A DNA stretch of 64,000 bases from a virus. Taxonomy: Duplodnaviria > Heunggongvirae > Uroviricota > Caudoviricetes. The position numbers and the translations under genes are program-made. The notes under the pieces were generated by a model that was not told the origin of the DNA, made no database searches, and saw only the letters and a program-made list of their open reading frames with translations. This document shows positions 18,091 to 26,516 of the stretch, piece after piece (position 1 is the stretch's first letter; each line of letters opens with the position of its first letter). The stretch lies in IMG/VR virus record IMGVR_UViG_3300037042_007115; one strand, written 5' to 3'.

Positions 18091-18473
18091 TAGCTTCCCT
18101 CACGGTGTTTTCTGGGTACCAGTCGCTTTGTGCCATCATCAGAACTATAATACCCTAGCTTATAGTGGGCAGCAATTTTGTTAATAGCTTTTTCCCCAGT
18201 AAAATTGCTGCCAAATCTTGAGAAGCAGGCAATCTTATCTGGGTCTCCTTTGATTACCCCAGGGACCCCTTCTTGGAAAATATGTATAATGTTTCCACGT
18301 GGAACTTTCTTCTGGCCTTTAGGGAAGTAGCCAAGGCACTTACTAGCGACGCCGTCATATTCCGGTAGGGAAACCACTCCAGGGATCTTGCCCGCTTTAA
18401 TATCACGCATTAGCCGGGCTAAACCCGGCTGTCCTCTTCCTCTAAGGTGAAAGTTCTCTACCATTTTCATCAC
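18090..18473 (-). CDS. hypothetical protein
   Basis: 127-aa ORF. Confidence 0.4.
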   Translation of the reverse strand: MMKMVENFHLRGRGQPGLARLMRDIKAGKIPGVVSLPEYDGVASKCLGYFPKGQKKVPRGNIIHIFQEGVPGVIKGDPDKIACFSRFGSNFTGEKAINKIAAHYKLGYYSSDDGTKRLVPRKHREGS

Positions 18474-18482
18474 CGTAAATAC

Positions 18483-18731
18483 TTAATCCCAATCCCCAGT
18501 AGTTTCTGCATAAGCATAGATTTGTTTTACCAAATCTTTGCCAAGCAATTTTTCATCTAAGTAGGCATCAAGTTGATCTAGATCATCTGTCATATAATTA
18601 CTTATGACATTTAGGAGTCCCTTTAAAGTTTTTGGCTTTTTAGCTGCAACAATGCTACTTCGACACTGGGAAATAATTGCTTGGCGGATTATTTCTAATT
18701 TTCTTTCTGAAATTTCTGGTGCTTTTGCCAT
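18483..18731 (-). CDS. small paralogous protein (LKGLL motif), copy 1
   Basis: 82 aa. AGGAAG Shine-Dalgarno-like sequence. Preceded by the 47-bp conserved element. Confidence 0.45.
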   Translation of the reverse strand: MAKAPEISERKLEIIRQAIISQCRSSIVAAKKPKTLKGLLNVISNYMTDDLDQLDAYLDEKLLGKDLVKQIYAYAETTGDWD

Positions 18732-18751
18732 TTTTACTTCCTGCCTACTTA

Positions 18752-18798
18752 GGCATTCCCATTTCTGGAACTTAACCAGATCTCTTAAAAAGAATGGG
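18752..18798 (-). promoter_or_regulatory. 47-bp conserved element R1 upstream of LKGLL-paralog copy 1
   Basis: Gene-strand reading is CCCATTCTTTTTAAGAGATCTGGTTAAGTTCCAGAAATGGGAATGCC. The 47 bp are identical to R2. Inverted termini CCCATT/AATGGG flank a TTTTTAAGAG TATA-like core. Confidence 0.5.
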
Positions 18799-18803
18799 AT
18801 AAT

Positions 18804-19028
18804 TTAGCGGTAATTAGCCGGGTCTTGTGTGAGCCTACCTATTTTATTGGCGATAGCTTGGCCCGCTTTAGAAGGGCCCTTATATTTCATTGAGCCCATA
18901 ATCGGGAAGGTATCAAGTTCTTTTAGGAGCCCCTTGAGCTTGGAAAGTGCAGAAGGTTTCATCCCGTCATTCTTGGCCGCTTCATATATCTCTCTAGAGG
19001 TAACTGTATCTTTAAGTGGGTTTGACAT
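18804..19028 (-). CDS. small paralogous protein (LKGLL motif), copy 2
   Basis: Track ORF is 18804..19058. Start is set at the internal ATG (MSNPLKD) with GGAG 8 nt upstream, so the 47-bp element stays upstream and is not translated. Confidence 0.45.
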   Translation of the reverse strand: MSNPLKDTVTSREIYEAAKNDGMKPSALSKLKGLLKELDTFPIMGSMKYKGPSKAGQAIANKIGRLTQDPANYR

Positions 19029-19047
19029 AATTTTCTCCGCCCTTGTG

Positions 19048-19094
19048 GGCATTCCCATTTCTGGAACTTAACCAGATCTCTTAAAAAGAATGGG
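19048..19094 (-). promoter_or_regulatory. 47-bp conserved element R2 upstream of LKGLL-paralog copy 2
   Basis: Exact copy of R1, in the same position relative to the Shine-Dalgarno and ATG. Confidence 0.5.
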
Positions 19095-19481
19095 TTATTT
19101 CTTTGATTTCTTCTTCTTGTCTGATTTTTTTACGGGCCAAAGTTTGTCTTTTACTTTTTTAGGGAGCATAGCCATACCAATGGGCCCCGGGAGATTACTT
19201 ATACCCAGGCTAGATTGAAGACCATAAATGAAATCTTTCTTCTTGGGATTATAATCCTCATCATCATCACTAGCAGCTTCACAGAAGTCGTCCCAAAGCT
19301 CCTCATCCTTTTTAGCCTTTTCAAATATCTGCCATGCTTTAGTTATAGCCTTTGAGTCTCCATCATCCACTTTATCAATGAGAATTCTGGTAACGCCATA
19401 CTTCTCTTCTAGTCCATCATCAATGGCATCTTGGCTACCATCAGACCAAAATCTTCCTTTACCCATCTTCATTTGTCCCAT
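19095..19481 (-). CDS. acidic protein with poly-Lys C-terminal tail
   Basis: 128 aa, Asp/Glu-rich, ending KKSDKKKKSKK. Confidence 0.4.
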   Translation of the reverse strand: MGQMKMGKGRFWSDGSQDAIDDGLEEKYGVTRILIDKVDDGDSKAITKAWQIFEKAKKDEELWDDFCEAASDDDEDYNPKKKDFIYGLQSSLGISNLPGPIGMAMLPKKVKDKLWPVKKSDKKKKSKK

Positions 19482-19491
19482 TTTAAGCTCC

Positions 19492-19791
19492 TTAGGCTAC
19501 AGTTTTAAGGAAACCCGGCAGGTGGCTGATATTTCCTTCCTTGTAGCTCTCGTTGTGCTCTAAATACCTCTTTAAGAAGGCATTGTGAGCATCCCGCTTA
19601 TTCCGATAGGAGTAACCACCAAAGGTTGCGCCTGATTTATCTTGCCAGCGTACTGCGAACTCATCATATTTGGTATAACCAATAACCACAAGTCGCATGG
19701 GTTTTTCTCCGCGCCCGCCTTTGGACCAGCGGGTTGCAAAGTCAATCGTATATGAACTACTCTCATTAGGGTTAGTGTGTGTTTTAGGCAT
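19492..19791 (-). CDS. hypothetical protein
   Basis: 99-aa ORF. Confidence 0.4.
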   Translation of the reverse strand: MPKTHTNPNESSSYTIDFATRWSKGGRGEKPMRLVVIGYTKYDEFAVRWQDKSGATFGGYSYRNKRDAHNAFLKRYLEHNESYKEGNISHLPGFLKTVA

Positions 19792-19797
19792 AATATC

Positions 19798-20007
19798 TCA
19801 CTTTTTCCTGGCCCAGACTTCATTGTCTACAATTCTTACCAAATAGCCAAGGGCTCTGATCATCTCTGTTTTTTCTCGATCAGGGTATCCCGGCCGGCCG
19901 ACCCTACCAATAGAGTAGAAAGTCTTCTTATCAATCTTTCTTGTATTACCAAGCTCTTTAGACCCGGCAATAACTCTGTTTACATTTTTTCTGGTAACTG
20001 TTAACAT
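19798..20007 (-). CDS. small protein, tandem paralog X' (IRALGY motif)
   Basis: 69 aa. Shares IRALGY(L/Y)VR with the upstream gene. ATGTTAA start-stop overlap. Confidence 0.4.
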   Translation of the reverse strand: MLTVTRKNVNRVIAGSKELGNTRKIDKKTFYSIGRVGRPGYPDREKTEMIRALGYLVRIVDNEVWARKK

Positions 20008-20297
20008 CGGGACCTCACTTCTTCCTGGCCCAGACCGTGTGTCTTATACATAGGGACTTCATCCGTTCTGACATAATAGCCAAGGGCTCGGATCCTATTA
20101 AGCCGGCGAGTTACTGCTGGGCTTATGCCCTGGTAGACTGTTCCTATCCAGCCAAAAATGCGACCATCAAACTTTTTGGTCATCTTAGATTTTTTGGACC
20201 ACTCGATGGTTTCATCCAGACTTTTCTTAGTAACTTTAACTCCAGAGCCTTCTAAAATATCCTTAGTCATCTTCTTCCTCCAAAAACATATGAACAC
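20001..20297 (-). CDS. small protein, tandem paralog X (IRALGY motif)
   Basis: 98-aa ORF. Confidence 0.4.
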   Translation of the reverse strand: MFICFWRKKMTKDILEGSGVKVTKKSLDETIEWSKKSKMTKKFDGRIFGWIGTVYQGISPAVTRRLNRIRALGYYVRTDEVPMYKTHGLGQEEVRSRC

Positions 20298-20587
20298 AAC
20301 TGGAATGCAGCTCCGGGAGACATTGCGCCTTTGTATGCAACTAAGAGGCTGGGATCTTCAGAATGAGTACCCAGCCATCTCCAGCCAATACTTTCTGATT
20401 TAACCCGCCTCTTGGCCCAGAAACCCACAAAAGTCTTTGTTGCTGCCTTAGGGTATGTAAGACCCAGGATAGGCTTGATGTCTATAAGAGTAAATCCCTT
20501 ATAAAGCCCGTCTTGTTTGAGCCTTTCAATCATTGCTTGGGCAGCTACTGTAGGCCCAACCTGCACCATCTGTGTCACATAGATCAA
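20267..20587 (-). CDS. hypothetical protein
   Basis: 106-aa ORF. Confidence 0.35.
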   Translation of the reverse strand: MIYVTQMVQVGPTVAAQAMIERLKQDGLYKGFTLIDIKPILGLTYPKAATKTFVGFWAKRRVKSESIGWRWLGTHSEDPSLLVAYKGAMSPGAAFQLCSYVFGGRR

Positions 20588-20725
20588 ATAATATTACAGG
20601 TAGAAGTTATTAAAAGTTTCTATTTTAGTATTTAATGCATCTCAACCTGTTTCTAAGGAAATACTCTTAAGAAAACCTGATATAAATTAGTGGGTAGTTG
20701 AAAATAAAAATAGATTATTCTGGGG

Positions 20726-21877
20726 TCAGAATTTAATGCCTTTTTGCTTTCCTATCAATTTTGTAATCTTACCCGTAAGATCCTCGAGTGTTTGTTTTGT
20801 CTTTTGGCTACTCCGGGTTAAATTTATCATTTTTGGGCCTTGCATAGCTTTATTTAGGGCTTTTTGGAAATCATAGGGTTTTAGCAATTGCGTCTTTTTT
20901 TCTACTTGTTTCCCTTTATTCATCTTTTGTACGTCAGCTTTTACTGCTCCAAACTGCCCAAGCACCATGCCAGACATACTCCTCCCAACCGGCAGGCGTT
21001 GTGCCTCAGGGGGCATCTGACTCATTTGAGCCAAAGGTGTAAGAAGGGTAGTCTGCGAGATGGGTACGGGGTCTCTAGTAGGTCCTCTGGGCATCAGTGT
21101 TTCATACATACTAATATTTCTTGCATTTGGATTAAAAGTTGCCATTCCTACAGAAACTGTTCGGTCTAGTGTTGATTTAGAATTAAAATCATCGGGGCGT
21201 CTTGAGATATTTTGGTTGGATCTTTCTCCACTAATAACTGGGTTTATTGACATGGGTCCATTAGGAAGGTATCTGGGGTTTTCCTTAATAATAGGACTAA
21301 CAGGTGATATCATATTGGTAGAGGTTTTAGGCCGATATGGTATTTTACCTTCAACATTTGCTATATTAAGGTTGATTCTAAGCGCTTGTGTGGGTTTTAC
21401 AATATCTGGGGCCCGGGCCTTTATAGTGCTCACCTCGAGGGGTAGGGGCATTTTATTACCATATATTTCACCTCGGGGTCCATTGTAGGGCTGTTCTGTT
21501 TGCGCAGCATATTCTGATCTAATATCATATCCAAGCCCGCCGGGCTCTTGGTTTATCCAGTAAGCATAATCTAGTGTTTTTCTGGCATTTTCCCAGGCCT
21601 CCATTCTTGCGCGGTAGTCTTTCATGGCCGGAGTACCCTCTAGGTGTGAGATATCACCATAAATATCCACCCCCTTAATTCCTGGGGCAAAAACCTTATT
21701 CCCGCCATTGTCTAGGTAATATAGTCCAACATTGAGACCAGTCTTTCTGCTTTTTTCATGCAAGTCATTAAATTTTGATGGGTCACTATAATAATCTGTG
21801 TAATGTACGCTCCCAGGAATAATTGGTGCACTAATTTTCTTTCGATATAGCTTTATAATTTCGTCTTTTGTTACCAT
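20726..21877 (-). CDS. hypothetical protein (383 aa, Pro/Ser/Asn-rich low-complexity C-terminal half)
   Basis: Long ORF; no recognisable catalytic motif. Confidence 0.5.
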   Translation of the reverse strand: MVTKDEIIKLYRKKISAPIIPGSVHYTDYYSDPSKFNDLHEKSRKTGLNVGLYYLDNGGNKVFAPGIKGVDIYGDISHLEGTPAMKDYRARMEAWENARKTLDYAYWINQEPGGLGYDIRSEYAAQTEQPYNGPRGEIYGNKMPLPLEVSTIKARAPDIVKPTQALRINLNIANVEGKIPYRPKTSTNMISPVSPIIKENPRYLPNGPMSINPVISGERSNQNISRRPDDFNSKSTLDRTVSVGMATFNPNARNISMYETLMPRGPTRDPVPISQTTLLTPLAQMSQMPPEAQRLPVGRSMSGMVLGQFGAVKADVQKMNKGKQVEKKTQLLKPYDFQKALNKAMQGPKMINLTRSSQKTKQTLEDLTGKITKLIGKQKGIKF

Positions 21878-22237
21878 TTATCTGTCCCCCTGATAGGCTT
21901 CTGCGCAACCTAGCATCCAAGCCACTACTCTAAAGCCAGAGTCATGCTCTCCCGGTTGAACAATATGTGCTAACTCATGAGAAATAATGTTTTTTATTAC
22001 ATAGGCATTGTGCTTGTGTTTATTATAAAACTTAGCAGAGAAGAGTACAGCATAGGACCGGGGATATTTAATAAGTTCTGCATATGACTTTATATCTCTA
22101 TCTTCTATTTTAAGCAACACCCTTGCATAGGTAACCATTCTTGCTTTAGTTTTGGTATATTGTTCATATTCTTTGAGTAATGAATCTTGCTTAGCTTTTA
22201 TACTCATTTTTCCTCCGGAGGCCCGCCATTCTACCAA
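21878..22237 (-). CDS. YgjP/DUF45-like (SprT/WLM-type) zinc metallohydrolase
   Basis: IISHELAHIVQPGEHDSGF matches HExxH followed by a third metal-ligand region. Confidence 0.5.
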   Translation of the reverse strand: MVEWRASGGKMSIKAKQDSLLKEYEQYTKTKARMVTYARVLLKIEDRDIKSYAELIKYPRSYAVLFSAKFYNKHKHNAYVIKNIISHELAHIVQPGEHDSGFRVVAWMLGCAEAYQGDR

Positions 22238-22680
22238 GGTTTAATCTGTTTTATGGGCTTTCGAATTATCCCTGTTATTTTTTCAGTCATATTTTTTAGT
22301 TTAATCCGAGTTTGGGGATTATGGCTGAAAAATCCCTTAAGGTTGGGTCCTTTAGTTACCCGTTTAATTGAATATTTAAAATTGTACATTACAGGGGAGT
22401 TTTGGGGTCTTGCCAATACTGGGCTGGGTTTAGTCTTCCTATTTCCTAGAAATGTCTGGTCCATATTATGTCTGTCTTGTTGTTGAGTTTCAACCTGTAA
22501 CTGATTAAGTAGAGCTTGTGGTTGTAAAATACTTGTTTGAGTTGGGGGTACTGAGACCCACTTTGAACGACCAGGAACCAAGGCTGCATATACTGCTGCA
22601 GTCTTCTTATCAGGATTTTCTACCAATAAAAACCTATTTCTTGCTCGAATTTGGTCTTGTGTGTCCACTACTATCACCAC
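22231..22680 (-). CDS. hypothetical protein
   Basis: 149-aa ORF. Confidence 0.4.
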   Translation of the reverse strand: MVIVVDTQDQIRARNRFLLVENPDKKTAAVYAALVPGRSKWVSVPPTQTSILQPQALLNQLQVETQQQDRHNMDQTFLGNRKTKPSPVLARPQNSPVMYNFKYSIKRVTKGPNLKGFFSHNPQTRIKLKNMTEKITGIIRKPIKQIKPW

Positions 22681-22992
22681 TATAAAATTCCTCTAGGAAA
22701 ATTTTTAGATATATTATCTATGGGCCAGAAGATATTAAAGTTTGCTGTCATTATATTTATAGGTTTTCTAACTTAGAAAAGACTAAACCCGTGGTGAGGG
22801 GTGACTACCCCACCGTGCCCCTTTCTGTTAAACCCGGCAATTGAGAAGTCTGTATCAATCAGATTGATTCTAGTTTTTACTTGTCCGGGACAGCTTGGGA
22901 ATTTGGGTTATAATTTTATGTGGGGGATACCTGCTTAAATAAATTTCTATCACAGCAACCCATTTACTGAGAGGGGTTTCCCCACCGGAACC

Positions 22993-23256
22993 TTGATAAG
23001 TTTTAACCCCCTATATTCTTATATGTCTATCGGAGAGGGAATTAAGAGGAAAGCCGCGGGGCTCGCCGCTCGGGCAGTGGCTAAGGCTGAAGCAGCAAAG
23101 GGGGCTAATAAGGCAACTGATAATGATAAAATCATTGATATAGATAAAAAGATTGCTGCTCTTCAGGCACAGGGTGGGTTTGAGAGTACTATCAAGAGGC
23201 TTGAGGCACAAAAAGCGCAGATTAAAAACAAGCTTCGTAATGAAATGAGGAAATAG
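22993..23256 (+). CDS. coiled-coil Ala/Lys-rich protein
   Basis: 87-aa ORF. Confidence 0.35.
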   Translation: MISFNPLYSYMSIGEGIKRKAAGLAARAVAKAEAAKGANKATDNDKIIDIDKKIAALQAQGGFESTIKRLEAQKAQIKNKLRNEMRK

Positions 23257-23262
23257 ATCAAT

Positions 23263-23859
23263 ATGGACTGGTCCGTCTTAAAGCCAGAAAAGAGTACCTT
23301 AAAGTCTTTATCTTGTATGGTTAGGGTTACCAGAGACTTAATCTGGGAAGAGTTCGGACCGGAACTAGCACAACATACTCAAATTTCTTTTAGTAGGCGG
23401 ATGTATTTTACTCTTGGTCGCTGTTGGCCTGAAGAGAAGCGTATTTCCTTCAATCTGGCCTGGGTCGTACTAAACCGTAAGAACCCGGGATGCTTAAAGT
23501 CTTTGTTAGTACATGAGGTGGCACATCTACAGGACCCCACACACGGGATTATCTTTGAGTCTTTCTGTCTAAAGTATGGGGTGAATCCTATAGATATTCC
23601 CGGGTCAATAAGCCTTCCACCGGTAGCTTGGCTTTTATGTGTTACTTGCGGGGATGATCAGGGATTTCAATTTAGTACTCGTTTAACTTCTGAGGAAGTA
23701 CAGAAGAAATTTAGTGGTACTCTTTGTAGGACTTGTGGGAGTGAGGTCGAATACCGAGAACTATCCGATACCGGTCTTAGGCGAGTCTCTAGTAAAATTC
23801 GGAAACTCCGGCTTTCAGAGACGCGCACTTGGGAAAGTTTAAAGAGGAGTACATGCTAA
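23263..23859 (+). CDS. SprT/DUF45-like zinc metallohydrolase (paralog of 21878..22237)
   Basis: LLVHEVAHLQDPTHGIIFESF (HExxH...H), with C-terminal CxxC...CxxC zinc ribbons. Confidence 0.55.
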   Translation: MDWSVLKPEKSTLKSLSCMVRVTRDLIWEEFGPELAQHTQISFSRRMYFTLGRCWPEEKRISFNLAWVVLNRKNPGCLKSLLVHEVAHLQDPTHGIIFESFCLKYGVNPIDIPGSISLPPVAWLLCVTCGDDQGFQFSTRLTSEEVQKKFSGTLCRTCGSEVEYRELSDTGLRRVSSKIRKLRLSETRTWESLKRSTC

Positions 23860-23865
23860 TACTTA

Positions 23866-24249
23866 GTGAGGGAGATCTTCATGCGACTATTAGTTACTGC
23901 CCCGCTCAACTTAGACCCGAAAGTAATTGCTGAGAAGATTAAGGAATTTATGCCCCCGGCCCAGCATTTAATTATGACAGAGGAATTCCAGAAAGTTTAT
24001 GGTATTGAACTTCTTCCCCTTGTTGCTCCGGGTAACTGTCATGCTTTACCCCTTGAACTAAGAGATTTCGATTCCCGAGCAATTTCTATTCGGCAAATAG
24101 AGATGATTCACCTTTCAACCGCTATTTTGGTCATCTCCCCCACAGTTTCTCAAGATCGATTTGCTCCCCCGGAGCCTAATGTTAATCTCCCCGGACTAAT
24201 AAACCTGGCTAGCAAAAATCATCTTCATGCTCAGGTCATAGAAGTTTAA
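23866..24249 (+). CDS. hypothetical protein
   Basis: 127-aa ORF. Confidence 0.35.
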   Translation: MREIFMRLLVTAPLNLDPKVIAEKIKEFMPPAQHLIMTEEFQKVYGIELLPLVAPGNCHALPLELRDFDSRAISIRQIEMIHLSTAILVISPTVSQDRFAPPEPNVNLPGLINLASKNHLHAQVIEV

Positions 24250-24275
24250 TCAGAGCCCCCTCTTTTACTAAAAGG

Positions 24276-24509
24276 ATGACTGTTGCAACTTTTAAATATA
24301 CATCACAGGAATGTTTCCGGTGTGGCACCCGTGTGCCTAAGACCTTAAAGGAGCGGACACACAACTGTCCGGTCTGCGGATACATCGAAAACAGGGATTT
24401 GAATGCCGCCTTCAACATTAGAAAAAGAGCTTTCAACGTAGGGTGGGGTACACCCGAATTTACGCTTACGGAAACTTGCGCCTCTATTCCTCTCAACGTA
24501 TTGGAATAA
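24276..24509 (+). pseudogene. tnpB: TnpB (IS200/IS605 OrfB-like) C-terminal fragment: RuvC-III segment plus zinc finger only
   Basis: 77 aa: QECFRCGTRVPKTLKERTHNCPVCGYIENRDLNAAFNIRKRA matches the TnpB/Cas12 C-terminal CxxC...CxxC...RDxNAAxNI block. The N-terminal ~300 aa of a full TnpB are absent. Confidence 0.55.
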
Positions 24510-24589
24510 GCATAGGTCTATGAAGTAAGAATTTTCTTCACATAGAAAACTATCAAATATATATACTCCCCATAGAGATAAGATTTTTT

Positions 24590-25039
24590 ATGGTACTCTG
24601 GAATGATGCACAACTAGGGATTATTCAGGCGGTAAAGGAGAACCGTCTTGCCTCGCTGAATTTAGCTAAGCGATATAAATGCCATGTCTGTTACCACGTC
24701 AGGTATGAGGATGAGGTAGAACAATCTCCTACAGGTAAGCTTCTTTGTATAGTTTGCAAGTCGCCTGTTTTTGAGATGTGCCCACTAGATCATACCCACT
24801 GTTCTCATTCTATAGAATCCGGCTTAGCGTATTGTCCCATTTGTGGCGTCGCTGTGTGTCCCTCTTGTGGTAGTCATGACGTAGAGCAAGTTTCTCGTGT
24901 AACGGGGTACCTTGCTTCCGTAAACGGCTGGAATAATGCCAAAGCTCAGGAACTTAAAGATAGAGTCCGAAGTAATGTCGTAAACTCAGAGCCAGTCCTT
25001 GTGTCTGCCCTCAAAGGTTCTTATTATCCTCTAGGATAA
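24590..25039 (+). CDS. multi-zinc-finger protein
   Basis: 149 aa with CHVC, CIVC, CPIC and CPSCG pairs. Confidence 0.4.
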   Translation: MVLWNDAQLGIIQAVKENRLASLNLAKRYKCHVCYHVRYEDEVEQSPTGKLLCIVCKSPVFEMCPLDHTHCSHSIESGLAYCPICGVAVCPSCGSHDVEQVSRVTGYLASVNGWNNAKAQELKDRVRSNVVNSEPVLVSALKGSYYPLG

Positions 25040-25041
25040 TT

Positions 25042-25359
25042 ATGAAAGAATCTGCTTTAACTAAGAAGATTCGTCTTAAGCTTACAGAGAAGTTTGGTGG
25101 AGTCTGGGTGAAAGTACCCGGCGGGCCCTATTTAATAACCGGGTTTCCAGATTTAATCGGGGTTGTTGGGGGTTATATGATAGCGATAGAGGTTAAACTC
25201 CCGGGGAAGGAGAAGAATCTTACTGAAAGACAAGCATTAGTTTTAAAAACTTTAACAGAGAGGGGTAAATGCCTAGCCTTTATGACAACTTCCGCCGAAG
25301 ATGCTATAGATAGGGTCGGAGCCTATCTCAAACTTAAAACTGTACCTACCCGGGACTAA
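25042..25359 (+). CDS. VRR-NUC domain nuclease
   Basis: GFPDLIGVVGGYMIAIEVKLPGKEKNLTERQ matches the VRR-NUC PD-(D/E)xK core (GxPDL...IEVK...Q). Confidence 0.6.
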   Translation: MKESALTKKIRLKLTEKFGGVWVKVPGGPYLITGFPDLIGVVGGYMIAIEVKLPGKEKNLTERQALVLKTLTERGKCLAFMTTSAEDAIDRVGAYLKLKTVPTRD

Positions 25360-25371
25360 GCATTAAAAAAG

Positions 25372-25674
25372 TTATGCAGTATTGGCGGAGGCGGGTGATG
25401 GAGCTGTTTCCAGTTCAGTCGGCTCGGCCAATTTTTTCCTTGCTTTTCTCTCTCGATGTTCCTTGACTTCTTTAGCCATACGCCCCTGTACCAAGGTGAA
25501 GACAATTTGTGCTTCCCTCTTCAGCTTGTCAGTCCGGACACTGGCATGGAACTTGATCTTACCTGCAATACCAAGTGAAGCCACCTCATCTGGGTGTTGG
25601 CCCACATACTCCTTGACCTGTTGGATCAAGGGATCAATCGCAGTCTTCATCCTGCGTTCCTTTCGGGTTGACAT
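25372..25674 (-). CDS. basic small protein, possible DNA-binding
   Basis: 100 aa with KERRMK and RERKARKK patches. Confidence 0.4.
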   Translation of the reverse strand: MSTRKERRMKTAIDPLIQQVKEYVGQHPDEVASLGIAGKIKFHASVRTDKLKREAQIVFTLVQGRMAKEVKEHRERKARKKLAEPTELETAPSPASANTA

Positions 25675-26015
25675 CTGGTTCGTCTCCTTTATCTATGGCA
25701 AGCATAGTGGTCATATGCATTGCTCTCTTGGTTGATTCCAAGAGTAATATAATCTTTCGAGTATTTCTATAAAAGAGTTTTTATTTCACACACTACCAGG
25801 AATAACCCTAGTGCGGTAACAAATTTAAAAGAGAAACAACAAAATAAAGATATCCGGGAATGAGGCTACCCGGTTTTGGTTGGTGGATAAAACTTAGTGG
25901 GGATGTGCAAGTTAGGAGTTCATATTGTGCTAGTTTAGTTTCACCTCCAGTTGTTACATATAGCTATGGGCTGCTTCCGCTATTAAACATTGTGGTTTGA
26001 AAGAATTAAAAAAAG

Positions 26016-26045
26016 ATTTGGGTCTGGTTAAGACCTGTTTCACGA
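26016..26045 (-). terminator. hairpin plus T-run downstream of the 26076..26516 gene
   Basis: GGTCT-GGTTA-AGACC hairpin, followed on the - strand by CAAATCTTTTTTT. Confidence 0.4.
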
Positions 26046-26075
26046 GGGTATTGAAGTGAGCGCTCTTGAAAGAAG

Positions 26076-26516
26076 TTACGCCGGGGGGGCTGCAACTGCT
26101 GCTTTCTTCTCGGCTGCCGGTTTCTTCTCGGCTGCCGGTTTCTTCTCAGCTGCCGGTTTCTTCTCTGCACCCTCTACTGCGGGTTTCTTTGCTTTCTTCT
26201 TACGTGGGGCGCCTTCTCCAGGAACTGCGATTCCGAAGAATGTCATGATGTTAGTGACACGCACTGAGATGTTGTCTTTGCTGTAGTCAGCGAGGTGCTC
26301 ACAAATGTCCTTGAGGTCATTGAGTGCTGCCATCTCTTCTTGTGCCCGGCCGAGTTCAACGAGTTTAAGGTCGATGATCTTCGAGGTTTCAGTAATACGC
26401 TTCTGCGCAAGTGCTTCAACCTTTGCAAGTTTGTTCCCACGCTTTGCAGTCCGGAATTTCTTGCTGCTCAGTACTCTGAGGAGCATACCGATTTTCTTGA
26501 GAGTTTTGCGTTCCAT
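26076..26516 (-). CDS. histone-H1-like protein with (KKPAAE)n Lys/Ala/Pro-rich C-terminal tail
   Basis: 146 aa with a globular N-terminal part, then RKKKAKKPAVEGAEKKPAAEKKPAAEKKPAAEKKAAVAAPPA. The tail is encoded by about 3.3 tandem 18-bp repeats. Confidence 0.5.
   Translation of the reverse strand: MERKTLKKIGMLLRVLSSKKFRTAKRGNKLAKVEALAQKRITETSKIIDLKLVELGRAQEEMAALNDLKDICEHLADYSKDNISVRVTNIMTFFGIAVPGEGAPRKKKAKKPAVEGAEKKPAAEKKPAAEKKPAAEKKAAVAAPPA
26093..26166. repeat. tandem 18-bp repeat (CGGCTGCCGGTTTCTTCT, about 3.3 copies) inside the H1-like CDS
   Basis: Direct reading of the sequence. Copies differ by a single C/A substitution. Confidence 0.7.

Noticed and set aside
18752-19094. 47-bp repeats as terminal inverted repeats of a small transposon
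   Set aside because: The two copies are in direct, not inverted, orientation. Each sits at the same distance upstream of a paralogous gene start. A promoter or operator duplication explains them better.
26093-26166. Tandem direct repeats considered as a possible CRISPR array
   Set aside because: The repeats are contiguous with no spacers, there are only about 3 copies, and they lie in frame inside a coding sequence, where they encode KKPAAE repeats. This is not a CRISPR array.
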